Below are positions 40,805-51,487 of a stretch of 64,000 bases of DNA, piece after piece. A program made the position numbers and the translations under genes. Numbering within the stretch: position 1 is the first letter of the stretch; each line of letters begins with the position of its first letter. Origin of the DNA: an uncultured Actinomycetes bacterium. GTDB taxonomy: Bacteria > SZUA-79 > Acidulodesulfobacterales > Acidulodesulfobacteraceae. The stretch covers positions 192,001-256,000 of the forward strand of contig CAZVZU010000001.1 in NCBI GenBank assembly GCA_964631685.1. The letters run 5' to 3'. The notes below the pieces were generated by a model. It was not told the origin of the DNA. It made no database searches and was given only the letters and a program-made list of their open reading frames with translations.

Positions 40805-41899
40805 ATGACCAGATTAAATTTCATACTTGAGAAGGCGTTATCTTCTGAAAAATTAGACGACAAGGAACTTCTTTGCTTACTGGATGAGAAAGAGGGCGTG
40901 CAAGATATTACCGATGCCGCAGATATAAAAAATCGGGCAATAAATTTTAATAAGGTATCTTATGTCGTTAATAGAAATATTAATTTTACAAATATATGTG
41001 GTTTAAATTGCAAATTTTGCGGATATAAAAGAACCAAGAAGTCTAACGATGCGTTTCTGCTTGATTATGATGAAATAATAGACAAAATCTCAGAGGCTAA
41101 AAATAGCATAGGCATTGACGAAATATGCGTAACCGGTGGAATAAATCCTGAACTGACACCCGATTATTATTTTAATTTGATCAAGATTGTAAGGGACACC
41201 TTTCCGGATATCCATATTCATGCATTTTCTCCTCAAGAGATACTGGAACTTTCTAAAGCCACAAGGGAACCATATAAGGAAATTATCCTTAAACTAGTAG
41301 AATTAGGGTTAAATTCAATGCCTGGAACGGCAGCAGAAATTTTGGCGGAAGAAACAAGGAATAAAATTTGTCCCGAAAAATTAAGTAAAACACAATGGGT
41401 TGAGATTATCATGACCGCACACCGCCTGGGGGTTAAGACCTCAGCAACAATACTTTTCGGACACCTAGAAACAAATGCCGATATCGTTAGCCACTTAAGC
41501 TTAATAAGACAGATTCAAAGTGAAACTGACGGATTTACGGAATTTATTGCATTACCTTTTATCTCAAACAAAACATCTCTCAGGAAAAAGGTTAATTCAA
41601 TGCCTATACAAGAAAAAGTGCTCAAATTTTATGCTATTTTAAGGCTTTATTTAAACAATTTCAAAAATATTCAAACAAGCTGGCCTAAAATAGGCACAGA
41701 TGTAGCATTGAAATCCCTTAAATGCGGGGTTAACGATTTCGGGGGCACATTGATGGAAGAAAATATTACCAAGAGCGCCGGCGGAAACTTTGGAGAATAT
41801 TTATCAGAAGCTACAATAATGGATTTGATAAGTGGGGCAGGGAAGATCCCAATAAGAAGGGATACATTATATAATTACAAAAAGGCTTGTGACTTATGA
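40805..41899 (+). CDS. CofH-family radical SAM protein in the thiamine operon
   Basis: NRNINFTNICGLNCKFC, HIHAFSPQEI, SMPGTAAEIL, GFTEFI.LPF, NIQTSWPKIG, NDFGGTLMEENI..AG. Confidence 0.85.
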   Translation: MTRLNFILEKALSSEKLDDKELLCLLDEKEGVQDITDAADIKNRAINFNKVSYVVNRNINFTNICGLNCKFCGYKRTKKSNDAFLLDYDEIIDKISEAKNSIGIDEICVTGGINPELTPDYYFNLIKIVRDTFPDIHIHAFSPQEILELSKATREPYKEIILKLVELGLNSMPGTAAEILAEETRNKICPEKLSKTQWVEIIMTAHRLGVKTSATILFGHLETNADIVSHLSLIRQIQSETDGFTEFIALPFISNKTSLRKKVNSMPIQEKVLKFYAILRLYLNNFKNIQTSWPKIGTDVALKSLKCGVNDFGGTLMEENITKSAGGNFGEYLSEATIMDLISGAGKIPIRRDTLYNYKKACDL

Positions 41900-42096
41900 A
41901 AATTAACATTAACGACAAAATTTTTGAAGTTCAAAATAAAATTACGATTCATGGTCTAATAAAGGAGCTTAAATTAGACACGAGTAGTACGGCCGTGGCC
42001 GTTAACAAGGTGATAATTTCAAGAAAAAAGTACAACGACCTTACTTTAGAGGAAAGTGATAAGGTCGATTTAGTCACTATTGCACCGGGTGGCTAA
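41896..42096 (+). CDS. thiS: sulfur carrier ThiS
   Basis: 66 aa ubiquitin-like protein with AVAVN and C-terminal GG; ATGA overlap with the upstream gene. Confidence 0.93.
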   Translation: MKININDKIFEVQNKITIHGLIKELKLDTSSTAVAVNKVIISRKKYNDLTLEESDKVDLVTIAPGG

Positions 42097-42134
42097 TTTT
42101 TTAATTATCATTATACCAAGGAGGAGGTACATAA

Positions 42135-42941
42135 ATGAATAGTACTAAGAAAGATGACAAAGCGCCACTGAATGATGTTTTTAAAATAGGAAAATATACA
42201 TTTAGGTCCAGGCTAATAGTTGGCACAGGAAAATATCCGGACTTCACGACAATGAAAAAATCAATGGATGTTTCCGGAGCAGAGATTATAACCGTAGCAG
42301 TCAGGCGGATAGATTTTAATAAAAAGGAGAATATGCTGTCATATATAGATCAAGACAGATTTACACTTTTGCCGAATACAGCAGGGTGTTACACGGCAGA
42401 CGATGCCGTTAATACACTGAGATTATCAAGAGAATTGGATGTTTTTAAGACAGATTTAGTAAAATTAGAAGTAATTGGTGATTCAAAAACTCTTTATCCT
42501 GATAACGAAGAATTATTAAAAGCTGCAAAAATATTAGTCAAAGAGGGTTTTACCGTCATGCCATACATGATGGACGATCCTGTTCTGGCAAAAAAATTAG
42601 AAGATATTGGATGTCCCGTTGTAATGCCCTTAGCGTCACCTATAGGTTCCGGTTTGGGAATTAGAAATCCTTATAACATAAGGATAATAAAGGAAACCGT
42701 ATCTATCCCAGTTATAGTTGACGCGGGAGTCGGTACGGCTTCTGATGCATGCAAAACGATGGAGCTTGGAGTTGACGGAATTCTTATTAATACGGCTATA
42801 GCAGGGTCCAGCGACCCGATAGGAATGGCTCTGGCAATGAAACATGCCGTGGAAGCCGGCAGGATTGCTTATCTCTCCGGTCGTATCCCTATGAAACTTT
42901 ATGCGCAAGCATCAACCCAAATGGAGGGAATTGTATATTGA
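42135..42941 (+). CDS. thiG: thiazole synthase
   Basis: [39 protein letters not shown]. Confidence 0.97.
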   Translation: MNSTKKDDKAPLNDVFKIGKYTFRSRLIVGTGKYPDFTTMKKSMDVSGAEIITVAVRRIDFNKKENMLSYIDQDRFTLLPNTAGCYTADDAVNTLRLSRELDVFKTDLVKLEVIGDSKTLYPDNEELLKAAKILVKEGFTVMPYMMDDPVLAKKLEDIGCPVVMPLASPIGSGLGIRNPYNIRIIKETVSIPVIVDAGVGTASDACKTMELGVDGILINTAIAGSSDPIGMALAMKHAVEAGRIAYLSGRIPMKLYAQASTQMEGIVY

Positions 42942-43672
42942 GTTCTAAACCAACTTTAAGGCTAAATAAATTCCTTGCAAGCAGGACCGGCGTTTCAAGG
43001 AGAGAAGCTGATACACTGATAGAAGAAGGCAGAATTACTATAAACGGTCATAAGATTCAAAAACCCCCGGCATTCGTGGCTCCCGGAGATGAGGTGTTTT
43101 TTAATGGTAAGAAAATTATTTATAAAATGGAACCACTTGTTTATATAATGCTAAATAAGCCTCAAGGCTATATTACCGCCGTGAAATCAGAATCCGGCTT
43201 CAAAACGGTTATGGAATTAGTCAAAAAAAACACCTCAAGTTATAGGCATATTTTTCCTGTGGGCAGACTGGATTTTATGAGTGAAGGACTATTATTGCTA
43301 ACAAATGACGGCGATTTCACCTATAAAGTTACTCATCCAAAGTTTAATGTCATTAAGTCTTACATAGTGGAGATCAAGGGTATCCTTACAGACGAGCTTC
43401 TAAGGAAGATAAAGAAAGGGATAAATCTAAGGGAAACGGGCTTAATTAAACCTCAAAATGTCAGGACGGTTAGCAAAAAACAAGGAAGATTTGTCTTGTC
43501 CATAGATCTGAATCATGGTAAAAATAGAGAAATAAGAAGACTTTTAGAGTTTTTCAATCTTAAAATAATAATGCTTAAAAGGGTATCTATTGGGAAACTT
43601 TACATAGGAGACTTATCATCAGGACATTCCAGGATAATAAACAAAAATGTTGCCGAACTTGTTTTTAAATAA
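42938..43672 (+). CDS. rluB: S4-domain rRNA pseudouridine synthase (RluB/RsuA family)
   Basis: [44 protein letters not shown]. Confidence 0.88.
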   Translation: MSSKPTLRLNKFLASRTGVSRREADTLIEEGRITINGHKIQKPPAFVAPGDEVFFNGKKIIYKMEPLVYIMLNKPQGYITAVKSESGFKTVMELVKKNTSSYRHIFPVGRLDFMSEGLLLLTNDGDFTYKVTHPKFNVIKSYIVEIKGILTDELLRKIKKGINLRETGLIKPQNVRTVSKKQGRFVLSIDLNHGKNREIRRLLEFFNLKIIMLKRVSIGKLYIGDLSSGHSRIINKNVAELVFK

Positions 43673-43697
43673 CCTTCCCCTAGGCTATTTTTAACAA

Positions 43698-44528
43698 TTA
43701 CATGATGTTTGCTATTTTTGCTTTATATGTAGATGTACTGTTTCCAACAGGTAGTATATATATTTCCATAAACGGTTGCGCCTGCTCTAAATTTATCAAA
43801 ATCAACCTTGACATCTCAAGCAGAGCTAAAAAGTAGGTAAATAATTCATCCTTGGAGCTGGCATTCCTGACAATACCGGAAAGTGTAATTTTATCGGCTA
43901 TACCTAACTTATCCATTATTTCGATAATTTTACCTTTAATAGAAAAGTTTTCTTTTGTTACCTCATAGGTGTTTATTCTTTTTTGAGCTTCCGTTATTTT
44001 ATAGTAAAAATATTCCGCAAGAACAAAAATATTTGCTTCAAAAAGGGGTTCTTTCTCTTTTATTTGTCCAAGTTCAAAGGGCTTATCCTTAGCAAGTATA
44101 TTTATTTTAAATACATCCCGTCCCAAGACAGGTCTGCTATCTAAAAAATAGGCAACTTCCTTAACCTTTTGATATTCGATAAGCATATTTGCAAGTTCGG
44201 TCCTCGGATCAATACTTTCTTCTTCGTCTGCGCTCTCACCTTTATCGTAAGATGGAAGTAGCATTAAGGATTTAATATATATCAGTTGCGCTGCCATAAC
44301 GATAAACTCTCCGCTCGAATCAAGGTTAAAGCTATGCGAAATGAATTCATCCCTATTTTCATCAAACCCTATAATGCTCAGATATTGATTCGTAATCTCA
44401 ACGATTGGAATATCATAAATATTTATTTTATCTTTTTTTATGAGGGATAAAAGCAGATCCAACGGACCATCATAGGCCTGAAGACTCACATCGTTAAGGT
44501 TACTGTTTTCGGCGGGCATATGATGCAT
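43698..44528 (-). CDS. scpA: segregation and condensation protein A
   Basis: YDGPLDLLLSLI, IYDIPI..IT.QYL, KS.MLLP, FLALLEM. Confidence 0.92.
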   Translation of the reverse strand: MHHMPAENSNLNDVSLQAYDGPLDLLLSLIKKDKINIYDIPIVEITNQYLSIIGFDENRDEFISHSFNLDSSGEFIVMAAQLIYIKSLMLLPSYDKGESADEEESIDPRTELANMLIEYQKVKEVAYFLDSRPVLGRDVFKINILAKDKPFELGQIKEKEPLFEANIFVLAEYFYYKITEAQKRINTYEVTKENFSIKGKIIEIMDKLGIADKITLSGIVRNASSKDELFTYFLALLEMSRLILINLEQAQPFMEIYILPVGNSTSTYKAKIANIM

Positions 44529-44548
44529 AACGTTTTAAATCTATAAAA

Positions 44549-45268
44549 TTATAAATTGCTTAAAACGAGATTATTTACAATAAAATTAAATAAAACAATT
44601 AAAAAATTACCCGGGTCTACGAAGAGCAATATAAGAATTATAAATATTCCAAACGGCTCTATTCGCATTAGGTAGCTCGAAAAAGGCTCGGGCAATACAC
44701 TGACCGCTATTCTCCCCCCATCTAAGGGCGGAATGGGTATCAGATTAAAAAAACCAAGTATTAGGTTTATCATTATGCTTATAAAAAGCATAAACGTTAC
44801 GGGATAAATGAAAAATTTAAAAAAGGAACTCCCCGCTACAGTCTGAAACTGGAAATGGCTTATAAAATAGGTAAGATAAATATCCATTACGGGAAAATTC
44901 GCAAGAATTAATTTCAAAAATGCAAACGAAATCAAGGCAAGTAAAAAATTTGTAACAGGACCAGCAGCAGCAACAAACCCCGTATCTCTTTTGGGATTTT
45001 TTAGACCGCCAAAATTAACGGGAACAGGTTTTGCATAACCAAACAAAAAAGGGGAGCCTATAAAAATCAAAAGCGCAGGAAGCAAAATAGTTCCGAAGGG
45101 ATCTATATGTTTTATCGGATTAAGCGTAAGCCTGCCCGCATTTTTTGCCGTATCGTCGCCAAATAGGTGGGCCACATAGCCGTGAGAAACCTCATGTAGT
45201 ATTATTGCAAATAGAACGGGGATTATCGCGATTACTAGAAGCTGAATAGTATTGTCCATGGCATCCAA
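44549..45268 (-). CDS. site-2 protease (M50 family)
   Basis: HEVSHG, GRLTLNP, FNLIPIPPLDG. Confidence 0.93.
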   Translation of the reverse strand: MDAMDNTIQLLVIAIIPVLFAIILHEVSHGYVAHLFGDDTAKNAGRLTLNPIKHIDPFGTILLPALLIFIGSPFLFGYAKPVPVNFGGLKNPKRDTGFVAAAGPVTNFLLALISFAFLKLILANFPVMDIYLTYFISHFQFQTVAGSSFFKFFIYPVTFMLFISIMINLILGFFNLIPIPPLDGGRIAVSVLPEPFSSYLMRIEPFGIFIILILLFVDPGNFLIVLFNFIVNNLVLSNL

Positions 45269-45365
45269 AAAGGTTACTGTTTTTAAAAATTGTTTTATTT
45301 ATTATATAATGATTAAATAAAATAAATCAAGCATCTAAGTAACCTTAAAATCATAAGCGGAAGTT

Positions 45366-47693
45366 ATGGAGAAAGATTATATGAACGAAGTTCGGTACAG
45401 ACCCCCCTCATTATTCGATAAATTAAACGATAAGGTTTTTCCATTTATCCAAAAACCAGCAAGATATTTGGGCATAGAACAAGGTATTACAGGGAAAGAT
45501 ATTAAAAATTTACACGTAAAATATGCCCTTGCATTTCCCGATTTCTACGAATTAGGAATGAGCCATATTGGAATGGGAATAATATACGATATATTAAACT
45601 CTAAGGATTATATAGCGTGCGAAAGAGTGTACTTGCCTTATCCTGATATGAATGCAAAATTAAAAGAAAACGAAATCCCTCTTTTTTCCTTAGAATCGTT
45701 TGAGGAAATAAAAAAATTCGATATTTTAGGATTTTCTTTGCAGTATGAACTTTCTTATACCAATATATTATCCATGTTGGAATCATCTGGTATTCCAATT
45801 CTTGCGGGAGAAAGGGATTGTACCGATCCGCTGATCGGAGCGGGTGGACCTTGCGCCTTTAACCCTTTACCCCTAAACGATTTTATGGATTTTTTCATAA
45901 TAGGAGACGGTGAAATTACAACTATTTTAGTTTGCGACGCAGTTCTAGAGGCTAAAAAAGAGCTTAAAAATGGTCTTATAACCAAAAATGATTTTAGAGA
46001 CAATGTGAAAAAAAAGCTCAGCAAAATAAGGGGCGTCTATGTTCCTAATTATTCAAAAAATGTAAAGAAATCGATATATTATGATTTAAATTTAATGGGT
46101 TACATTAATAAAAATATTGTTCCTGTAATTGAAACAGTACATAACAGATTTTCAGTCGAGATAGCTAGGGGTTGCTCATCTGGATGCAGATTCTGTCAGG
46201 CAGGCTACATTTATCGGCCTGTTAGAGAAAGAAAAAAGGACACGGTTGCGAAGATAATTAAAGAAGGCATTGAGTCCACTGGTTTTAACGAAATATCGTT
46301 ATCATCTCTATCAACAGGTGATTACTCGGATATTGGCGGATTACTGGATGAATTATCGTGTCTAAGCGAAAATGATCACATATCAATGTCCTTTCCTTCT
46401 ATGAGGATAGGTTCCCTTAGCGAAAAAATCTTAGGGAAGACTGCGGAGGTTAAGAAGACTAATTTCACCCTTGCCCCTGAAGCAGGGACACAACGGCTCA
46501 GGAATATAATAAACAAAAATATATCTGAATATGACCTGCTCGAAGAGGTTAAAAACTTGTCTAGAAAGGGATTTAAAAAGCTAAAATTATATTTTATGAT
46601 TGGGTTACCTTACGAAAGAATTTCCGATATAGACGGCATTAAAAATCTTGTTTTAAGGATTAAAAAGGCTTCTAATGGGAGCCTTAATATTACGGTCAAT
46701 GTTAATAATTTCGTTCCGAAACCGCACACTCCCTTTCAATGGCACCCTATGAATACGATACCTGAACTTAATTTCAAGATCAATTATTTAAAAAAATTAC
46801 TGAGATCCGCCAAGGTAAATTTCAGATACCAGAATCCTAAGGTCAGTTTCATAGAGGGACTAATCTCGAGGGGCGACGGATTCACCTCAAAAATTATATA
46901 TGAAGCGTATAAATTAGGAGCAGTTTATGACAGCGAAATAAAGCTATTTAATTATAATGCATGGGTTAAGGCAATGCAGTATTCCAGTGATGAAATGGGC
47001 AACAATGATATAATGAACCATTACCTTTATGACGATAAAGATTTGAATAAGTCGTTACCGTGGGACATTGTAGATACATTGGTCGATAAGGATTATCTTA
47101 AAGATGAATTTAAAAAGGCATATAAGCTAAATGCAATATCCATGTATGATTTTGATTCAAAAACCGTAAAATACGATAAAAATAGCATACAAGAAAAACT
47201 ATCTACAGAAAATTGCAGAACAGTTTGCCATTTATGCGGAGTTTGCGATTTTGAAGAAATAAGTCCTGTTTATTCAACAAAGACCGGGGACGGAAATATT
47301 AAAATGCCGGAAATACAAAAACAGGAAAATACCGGCAAACATAGTCAAATTGACAGTAACAAACGATTAATCAAACTTTTAATAAGATATTCCAAGAGAG
47401 GGTGTATTAAGTATCTCGGGCATTTGGAAACTTCCAAAATACTACTAAGGGTTTTTAGAATCGTAAAACTCCCTATTGCATATAAAGAATCAAGGTTTAA
47501 CCCAAGGCCAAAAGTCAGTTATTCTAATCCTATACCGTTTATGAGCGAAAGTGACAATTTATATTTAACAGTCAATATCAAGAATAAACCATCGGGAGGA
47601 ACAGGCCACTTAAAAGATGCGCTTAATGATTACTTGCCGGACGGATTAAGGGTGTTAGACATAACAGAGGTGGAAACGGGCTTTAAAGTATAA
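45366..47693 (+). CDS. TIGR03960-type B12-binding radical SAM protein fused to a short TIGR03936-like domain
   Basis: FPD.YELGMSH, SLQYEL.YTN, RGCSSGCRFCQAG, APEAGTQRLR, FVPKPHTPFQW; C-terminal YLGHLE...P.PKVSY. Confidence 0.85.
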   Translation: MEKDYMNEVRYRPPSLFDKLNDKVFPFIQKPARYLGIEQGITGKDIKNLHVKYALAFPDFYELGMSHIGMGIIYDILNSKDYIACERVYLPYPDMNAKLKENEIPLFSLESFEEIKKFDILGFSLQYELSYTNILSMLESSGIPILAGERDCTDPLIGAGGPCAFNPLPLNDFMDFFIIGDGEITTILVCDAVLEAKKELKNGLITKNDFRDNVKKKLSKIRGVYVPNYSKNVKKSIYYDLNLMGYINKNIVPVIETVHNRFSVEIARGCSSGCRFCQAGYIYRPVRERKKDTVAKIIKEGIESTGFNEISLSSLSTGDYSDIGGLLDELSCLSENDHISMSFPSMRIGSLSEKILGKTAEVKKTNFTLAPEAGTQRLRNIINKNISEYDLLEEVKNLSRKGFKKLKLYFMIGLPYERISDIDGIKNLVLRIKKASNGSLNITVNVNNFVPKPHTPFQWHPMNTIPELNFKINYLKKLLRSAKVNFRYQNPKVSFIEGLISRGDGFTSKIIYEAYKLGAVYDSEIKLFNYNAWVKAMQYSSDEMGNNDIMNHYLYDDKDLNKSLPWDIVDTLVDKDYLKDEFKKAYKLNAISMYDFDSKTVKYDKNSIQEKLSTENCRTVCHLCGVCDFEEISPVYSTKTGDGNIKMPEIQKQENTGKHSQIDSNKRLIKLLIRYSKRGCIKYLGHLETSKILLRVFRIVKLPIAYKESRFNPRPKVSYSNPIPFMSESDNLYLTVNIKNKPSGGTGHLKDALNDYLPDGLRVLDITEVETGFKV

Positions 47694-47864
47694 TACAAAA
47701 ATTTATTTGCAAAACCGGATTGTTGCGTAGATATAATTGAGTCGTATTTTACCTACACACAATTGATTTGAGCCGTACAATGAGATATAATATAGAAACT
47801 AGTTGTGGTTTTGCAATATGTTTTTTATTAACTTTAATTAAATTTAAACTGGAGGATGTAGGTT

Positions 47865-48293
47865 ATGGCTAAAACACTACAAGGAACAAAAACATTAGAA
47901 AATTTAAAAGCCGCATGTGCCGGTGAATCGGAGGCAAATAGGAGGTACTTATATTTCGGAAAAGAAGCTGATATACAGGGATATCCAGATGTAGCCAATA
48001 ATTTTAGAGAAACCGGAGAAGGCGAAACAGGACATGCCTTTGGGCATCTCGATTACTTAAAAAAATACGGAGGCGGAGACCCCGCTACAGGTAAACCCAT
48101 AGGCACACTAAAGGAGATGCTTGAATCCTCGTTGGCCGGCGAGACTTACGAATATACAGAAATGTATCCGGGATTCGCCAAGACGGCGAAAGAAGAAGGC
48201 TTTGAAGATATCGCATCATGGTTTGAAACCCTTGCTAAAGCCGAAAAATCACACGCTGCAAGATTTAGCAAGATTATAGACGATTTTAAATAA
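47865..48293 (+). CDS. short rubrerythrin (no rubredoxin domain)
   Basis: [34 protein letters not shown]; no CxxC. Confidence 0.92.
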   Translation: MAKTLQGTKTLENLKAACAGESEANRRYLYFGKEADIQGYPDVANNFRETGEGETGHAFGHLDYLKKYGGGDPATGKPIGTLKEMLESSLAGETYEYTEMYPGFAKTAKEEGFEDIASWFETLAKAEKSHAARFSKIIDDFK

Positions 48294-48338
48294 TGTCACT
48301 AAAAAATTAAAGAAATATTTTAATCGCGGGGCTTACTT

Positions 48339-49643
48339 ATGTATAAGACGGATGCCGATCCTAAGATTACTCAAAATTTCGATATAAGAAATACTGACTT
48401 TTTAAACGAAGCTAATCTTTTTAATGAGATTAAAAGGGTATATTTAAAGTGCATGAGTTGTAGATTGTGCATAGGGTTTTGTCCGTCTTTCCCCGCTCTT
48501 TTCGACGCTGTGGATAATAAAAACGATGATATCAATGCCTTAACCAAGGAAGAAATTATTAAACCCCTTGAGATTTGTTTTTATTGCAAGCAGTGCTATT
48601 TTAAATGCCCATTTACACCTCCCCATGAATGGAATGTAGATTTCCCCCATTTGGCATTGAGATACAAAGTATTTAAGTTTGAGCAAGAAGGGGCGCGCAT
48701 ACAAGATAAATTACTTGCCGACACGGATAAAATGGGAAAAAAATCTATTCCTATGGCATCCATTGTAAACAAACTCAATAATACAAAGTTATTTCGTTAT
48801 CTCATAGAACCAATTATGGGAATAGACAAGAGAGCAAAGGTTCCATCATTTAATAAGATTAGTTTTGAGAAATGGTTTTATAACAATTACAAAATTAATA
48901 ATACCGCTTCCGATAAAAATAATTACAACGGCAAGGCCGTTCTGTTCTACACATGTATGCTAAATTATAATTTCTTAGACCGAGGTATCGCATTAATAAA
49001 AGTTCTTGAAAAAAACAACATATATGTCGAACTTCCCGATATTCAGTGTTGCGGTATACCATATTACGACATTGGAGATATTAATAGTTCCATTAAGAAG
49101 GCAAGATATAACATTAAGAGTTTAAAGAAATATGTCGAGGATGGCTTTGATATAATCGTTCCCGTTCCGACGTGCGCAATGCAAATAAAACATGAGTATC
49201 CATTATTGTTACCCGATTCGGTAGATGCTACTATGATCGCAAACAAAACCTTTGATATTCACGAATATTTGTACCGTCTGCACCAGGACGGAAAATTTAA
49301 TACCGATTTTAAAAAGTCCATGGGTAAAATAGGATATCATATCTCATGTCACTTAAAATCGTTAAATGTCGGATATAAAGCATTAAATCTCCTGAGACTT
49401 ATCCCTGAGACGGATGTCCAAATTATTGAAAAATGTTCAGGACACGACGGAACATTCGGGGTGAAGAAGGAAACTTTCGATTATGCGGTAAATGTAGGTA
49501 AAAGTCTGTTTGAAGATATTAACTCAATGAACATGGACTACTATATATCTGATTGTCCGTTGGCATCCGACCAGATAGAAATGAATACCAGTAAAAAGGT
49601 TTTACATCCTATTGAAATATTATTCGAGGCTTATTCGGCATAA
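48339..49643 (+). CDS. Fe-S oxidoreductase (GlpC/CCG-domain family)
   Basis: CMSCRLC..CPSF, CFYCKQCYFKCP, QCCG, CSGHDG, SDCPLA. Confidence 0.88.
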   Translation: MYKTDADPKITQNFDIRNTDFLNEANLFNEIKRVYLKCMSCRLCIGFCPSFPALFDAVDNKNDDINALTKEEIIKPLEICFYCKQCYFKCPFTPPHEWNVDFPHLALRYKVFKFEQEGARIQDKLLADTDKMGKKSIPMASIVNKLNNTKLFRYLIEPIMGIDKRAKVPSFNKISFEKWFYNNYKINNTASDKNNYNGKAVLFYTCMLNYNFLDRGIALIKVLEKNNIYVELPDIQCCGIPYYDIGDINSSIKKARYNIKSLKKYVEDGFDIIVPVPTCAMQIKHEYPLLLPDSVDATMIANKTFDIHEYLYRLHQDGKFNTDFKKSMGKIGYHISCHLKSLNVGYKALNLLRLIPETDVQIIEKCSGHDGTFGVKKETFDYAVNVGKSLFEDINSMNMDYYISDCPLASDQIEMNTSKKVLHPIEILFEAYSA

Positions 49644-49773
49644 AAAAATATAAGCATTAGATTTACACTTGACAAAAAATTGAATAGTTGTAATATACAG
49701 TAACGTGATGTTTTATACGCATATACGTTCATATTTGTTGTAATATTTAATTTTAAAATTCGGGGGAAAAATC

Positions 49774-50301
49774 TTGAAAACAAAAAAAGGATTAACTGTT
49801 CTCTTTACCACTTTGTTTGTCTTATTTATAAGTGTCGGACTTTACGGATGCACACAACAAAAATCGTTGAAAACTAGTTCCGCAAAAAAAGTAACTGTTA
49901 AAACCACTACGCCGGCGGCTACTCATAAAACTGCCCCAATGATATCTAACGGTATGAATACAACTGGTAAGATGGCGGCACCTATGAATAAAAGTACAAA
50001 TAAGGTTGCAGAGCCCATAACCCACAAGGTTGTCAAAAAAATCAGTTCTAAAAATTTAGAAGTGGCAGCAATGAAGATCATCAACGCTCAAAGTTGCTTG
50101 GGTTGTCATGTAATAAACGGTAAGGGCGGTTCTATAGGGCCTAATTTATCAAAAGAAGGAAACAAAGGACGCTCTATTAATTGGCTCGAGGTGCAAATTA
50201 ATACTCCAAAGGTTCATAGCCCCAATACAATGATGCCAAATCATAATTTGAATTCAACACAACTTAAAACTCTAGCGGAGTATCTTAATTCATTAAAATA
50301 A
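49774..50301 (+). CDS. monoheme cytochrome c lipoprotein
   Basis: Lipobox LYGC, Thr/Lys/Ala linker, CLGCH, GPNL, distal MP. Confidence 0.88.
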   Translation: MKTKKGLTVLFTTLFVLFISVGLYGCTQQKSLKTSSAKKVTVKTTTPAATHKTAPMISNGMNTTGKMAAPMNKSTNKVAEPITHKVVKKISSKNLEVAAMKIINAQSCLGCHVINGKGGSIGPNLSKEGNKGRSINWLEVQINTPKVHSPNTMMPNHNLNSTQLKTLAEYLNSLK

Positions 50302-50336
50302 GTATAATTTAAAATAATATCTTCTTAATTATTTTT

Positions 50337-50378
50337 ATAGGCATCTTTTCTCGTTAAGCCGAAAAGATGCCTATTTTT
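50337..50378 (+). terminator. intrinsic terminator
   Basis: ataggcatcttttc / gaaaagatgcctat 14-bp stem followed by a T run. Confidence 0.8.
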
Positions 50379-50395
50379 GCGATACCTAGTGTGTT

Positions 50396-51487
50396 ATGAA
50401 AGATAAAAAAATATTTTACATATTACTTCTTATAATAGCTATATTAGTGACGGCTATTTTTTTATACAAGAATTTATCGGGCATAAATAAATCATATAGA
50501 TCTGCCAGGGGAACTATTGGTAAACTCGAAACAATAAAGTCTACAAAATATCAAAGGTTCAAAAAATTCTGGGTTAACGTGTACGATAATCTTCAAAATA
50601 AGAAACTGCAATATATCATAAAACCATTATATAACGACAAAGTAAATAAGATAGAAACATACGATTTAACCCTGACATCTTATGACGGTTTAAAGCTAAA
50701 GGGTTATTTTGCTATTCCTTACGGCGTTAAGGGTAAAAAGTATCCGGGAGTACTCTTATTACACGGTTATAGCTCATATGGAACGCCCGGATGGGCACAT
50801 TTCTTTGCAATAAGGGGTTACGCCGCTCTTTCCATAGATGTAAGAGGGCACGGAAGAAGCAAATCGGTTTATAATCCAGGTTTTCCTGGGCTTATGACCG
50901 ATGGAATTTTAAATGTAAGAACATTTTCTATGTTTAAGATAATAATGGATTCATTGGCATCGCTAAAATTTTTAGAACATTTTACAAATATAAATCATAA
51001 ACTTATATTTGTAACTGGCGGAAGTATGGGCGGGGGTATATCCCTAATAGATGCATCCATAGATAGCCATGTTGTGGCCGCTGCCGGGGACGTTCCATTC
51101 TTGAGTGATATTCCCATTCAGATGCCTCTGGCTAAAATGGGTCCTTATATGGAAGTAAAAGAATATCTAAAAAAACACCCCAACGATAAAAGTAAAGTAT
51201 TGCGATCGCTCTATTATGTAGATGTAAAAAATTTTGCAGTAGATATAAAATCACCGGTCCTTATGGGAATAGGGCTTAAAGATGAAGATTGTCCTCCCGA
51301 GGGTAGTTTTGCCGTTTACAAGCTGATTAAGTCAAAGAAGTATATATTCATTGCCAAAAATAGCGGGCATGTTGTTTTGCCCGGCTGGAATGAAGCAGTG
51401 TTTAAATTTTTTGCTCAATTTATTCCAAACGCACGAGAAAATAGTTTTAGTCTAAATAAAAATGTAAACAAAAGGAAAATTTTATGA
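50396..51487 (+). CDS. acetylxylan esterase / cephalosporin-C deacetylase family alpha/beta hydrolase with N-terminal TM anchor
   Basis: LHGY, DVRGHG, GGSMGG nucleophile elbow, Y.D..NFA, D..CPP, GH. Confidence 0.85.
   Translation: MKDKKIFYILLLIIAILVTAIFLYKNLSGINKSYRSARGTIGKLETIKSTKYQRFKKFWVNVYDNLQNKKLQYIIKPLYNDKVNKIETYDLTLTSYDGLKLKGYFAIPYGVKGKKYPGVLLLHGYSSYGTPGWAHFFAIRGYAALSIDVRGHGRSKSVYNPGFPGLMTDGILNVRTFSMFKIIMDSLASLKFLEHFTNINHKLIFVTGGSMGGGISLIDASIDSHVVAAAGDVPFLSDIPIQMPLAKMGPYMEVKEYLKKHPNDKSKVLRSLYYVDVKNFAVDIKSPVLMGIGLKDEDCPPEGSFAVYKLIKSKKYIFIAKNSGHVVLPGWNEAVFKFFAQFIPNARENSFSLNKNVNKRKIL

Noticed and set aside
40805..41899. MqnC/MqnE (menaquinone) or ThiH call for the radical SAM gene
   Set aside because: It has CofH-type PGTAAEIL and NIQTSWPKIG rather than the PGGGAEI motif of MqnC/MqnE, and I saw no ThiH-type motifs
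47707..47816. 10-bp inverted repeat ttgcaaaacc/ggttttgcaa upstream of rubrerythrin
   Set aside because: Arms are 90 nt apart, with no target-site duplication or recognisable operator; may be chance
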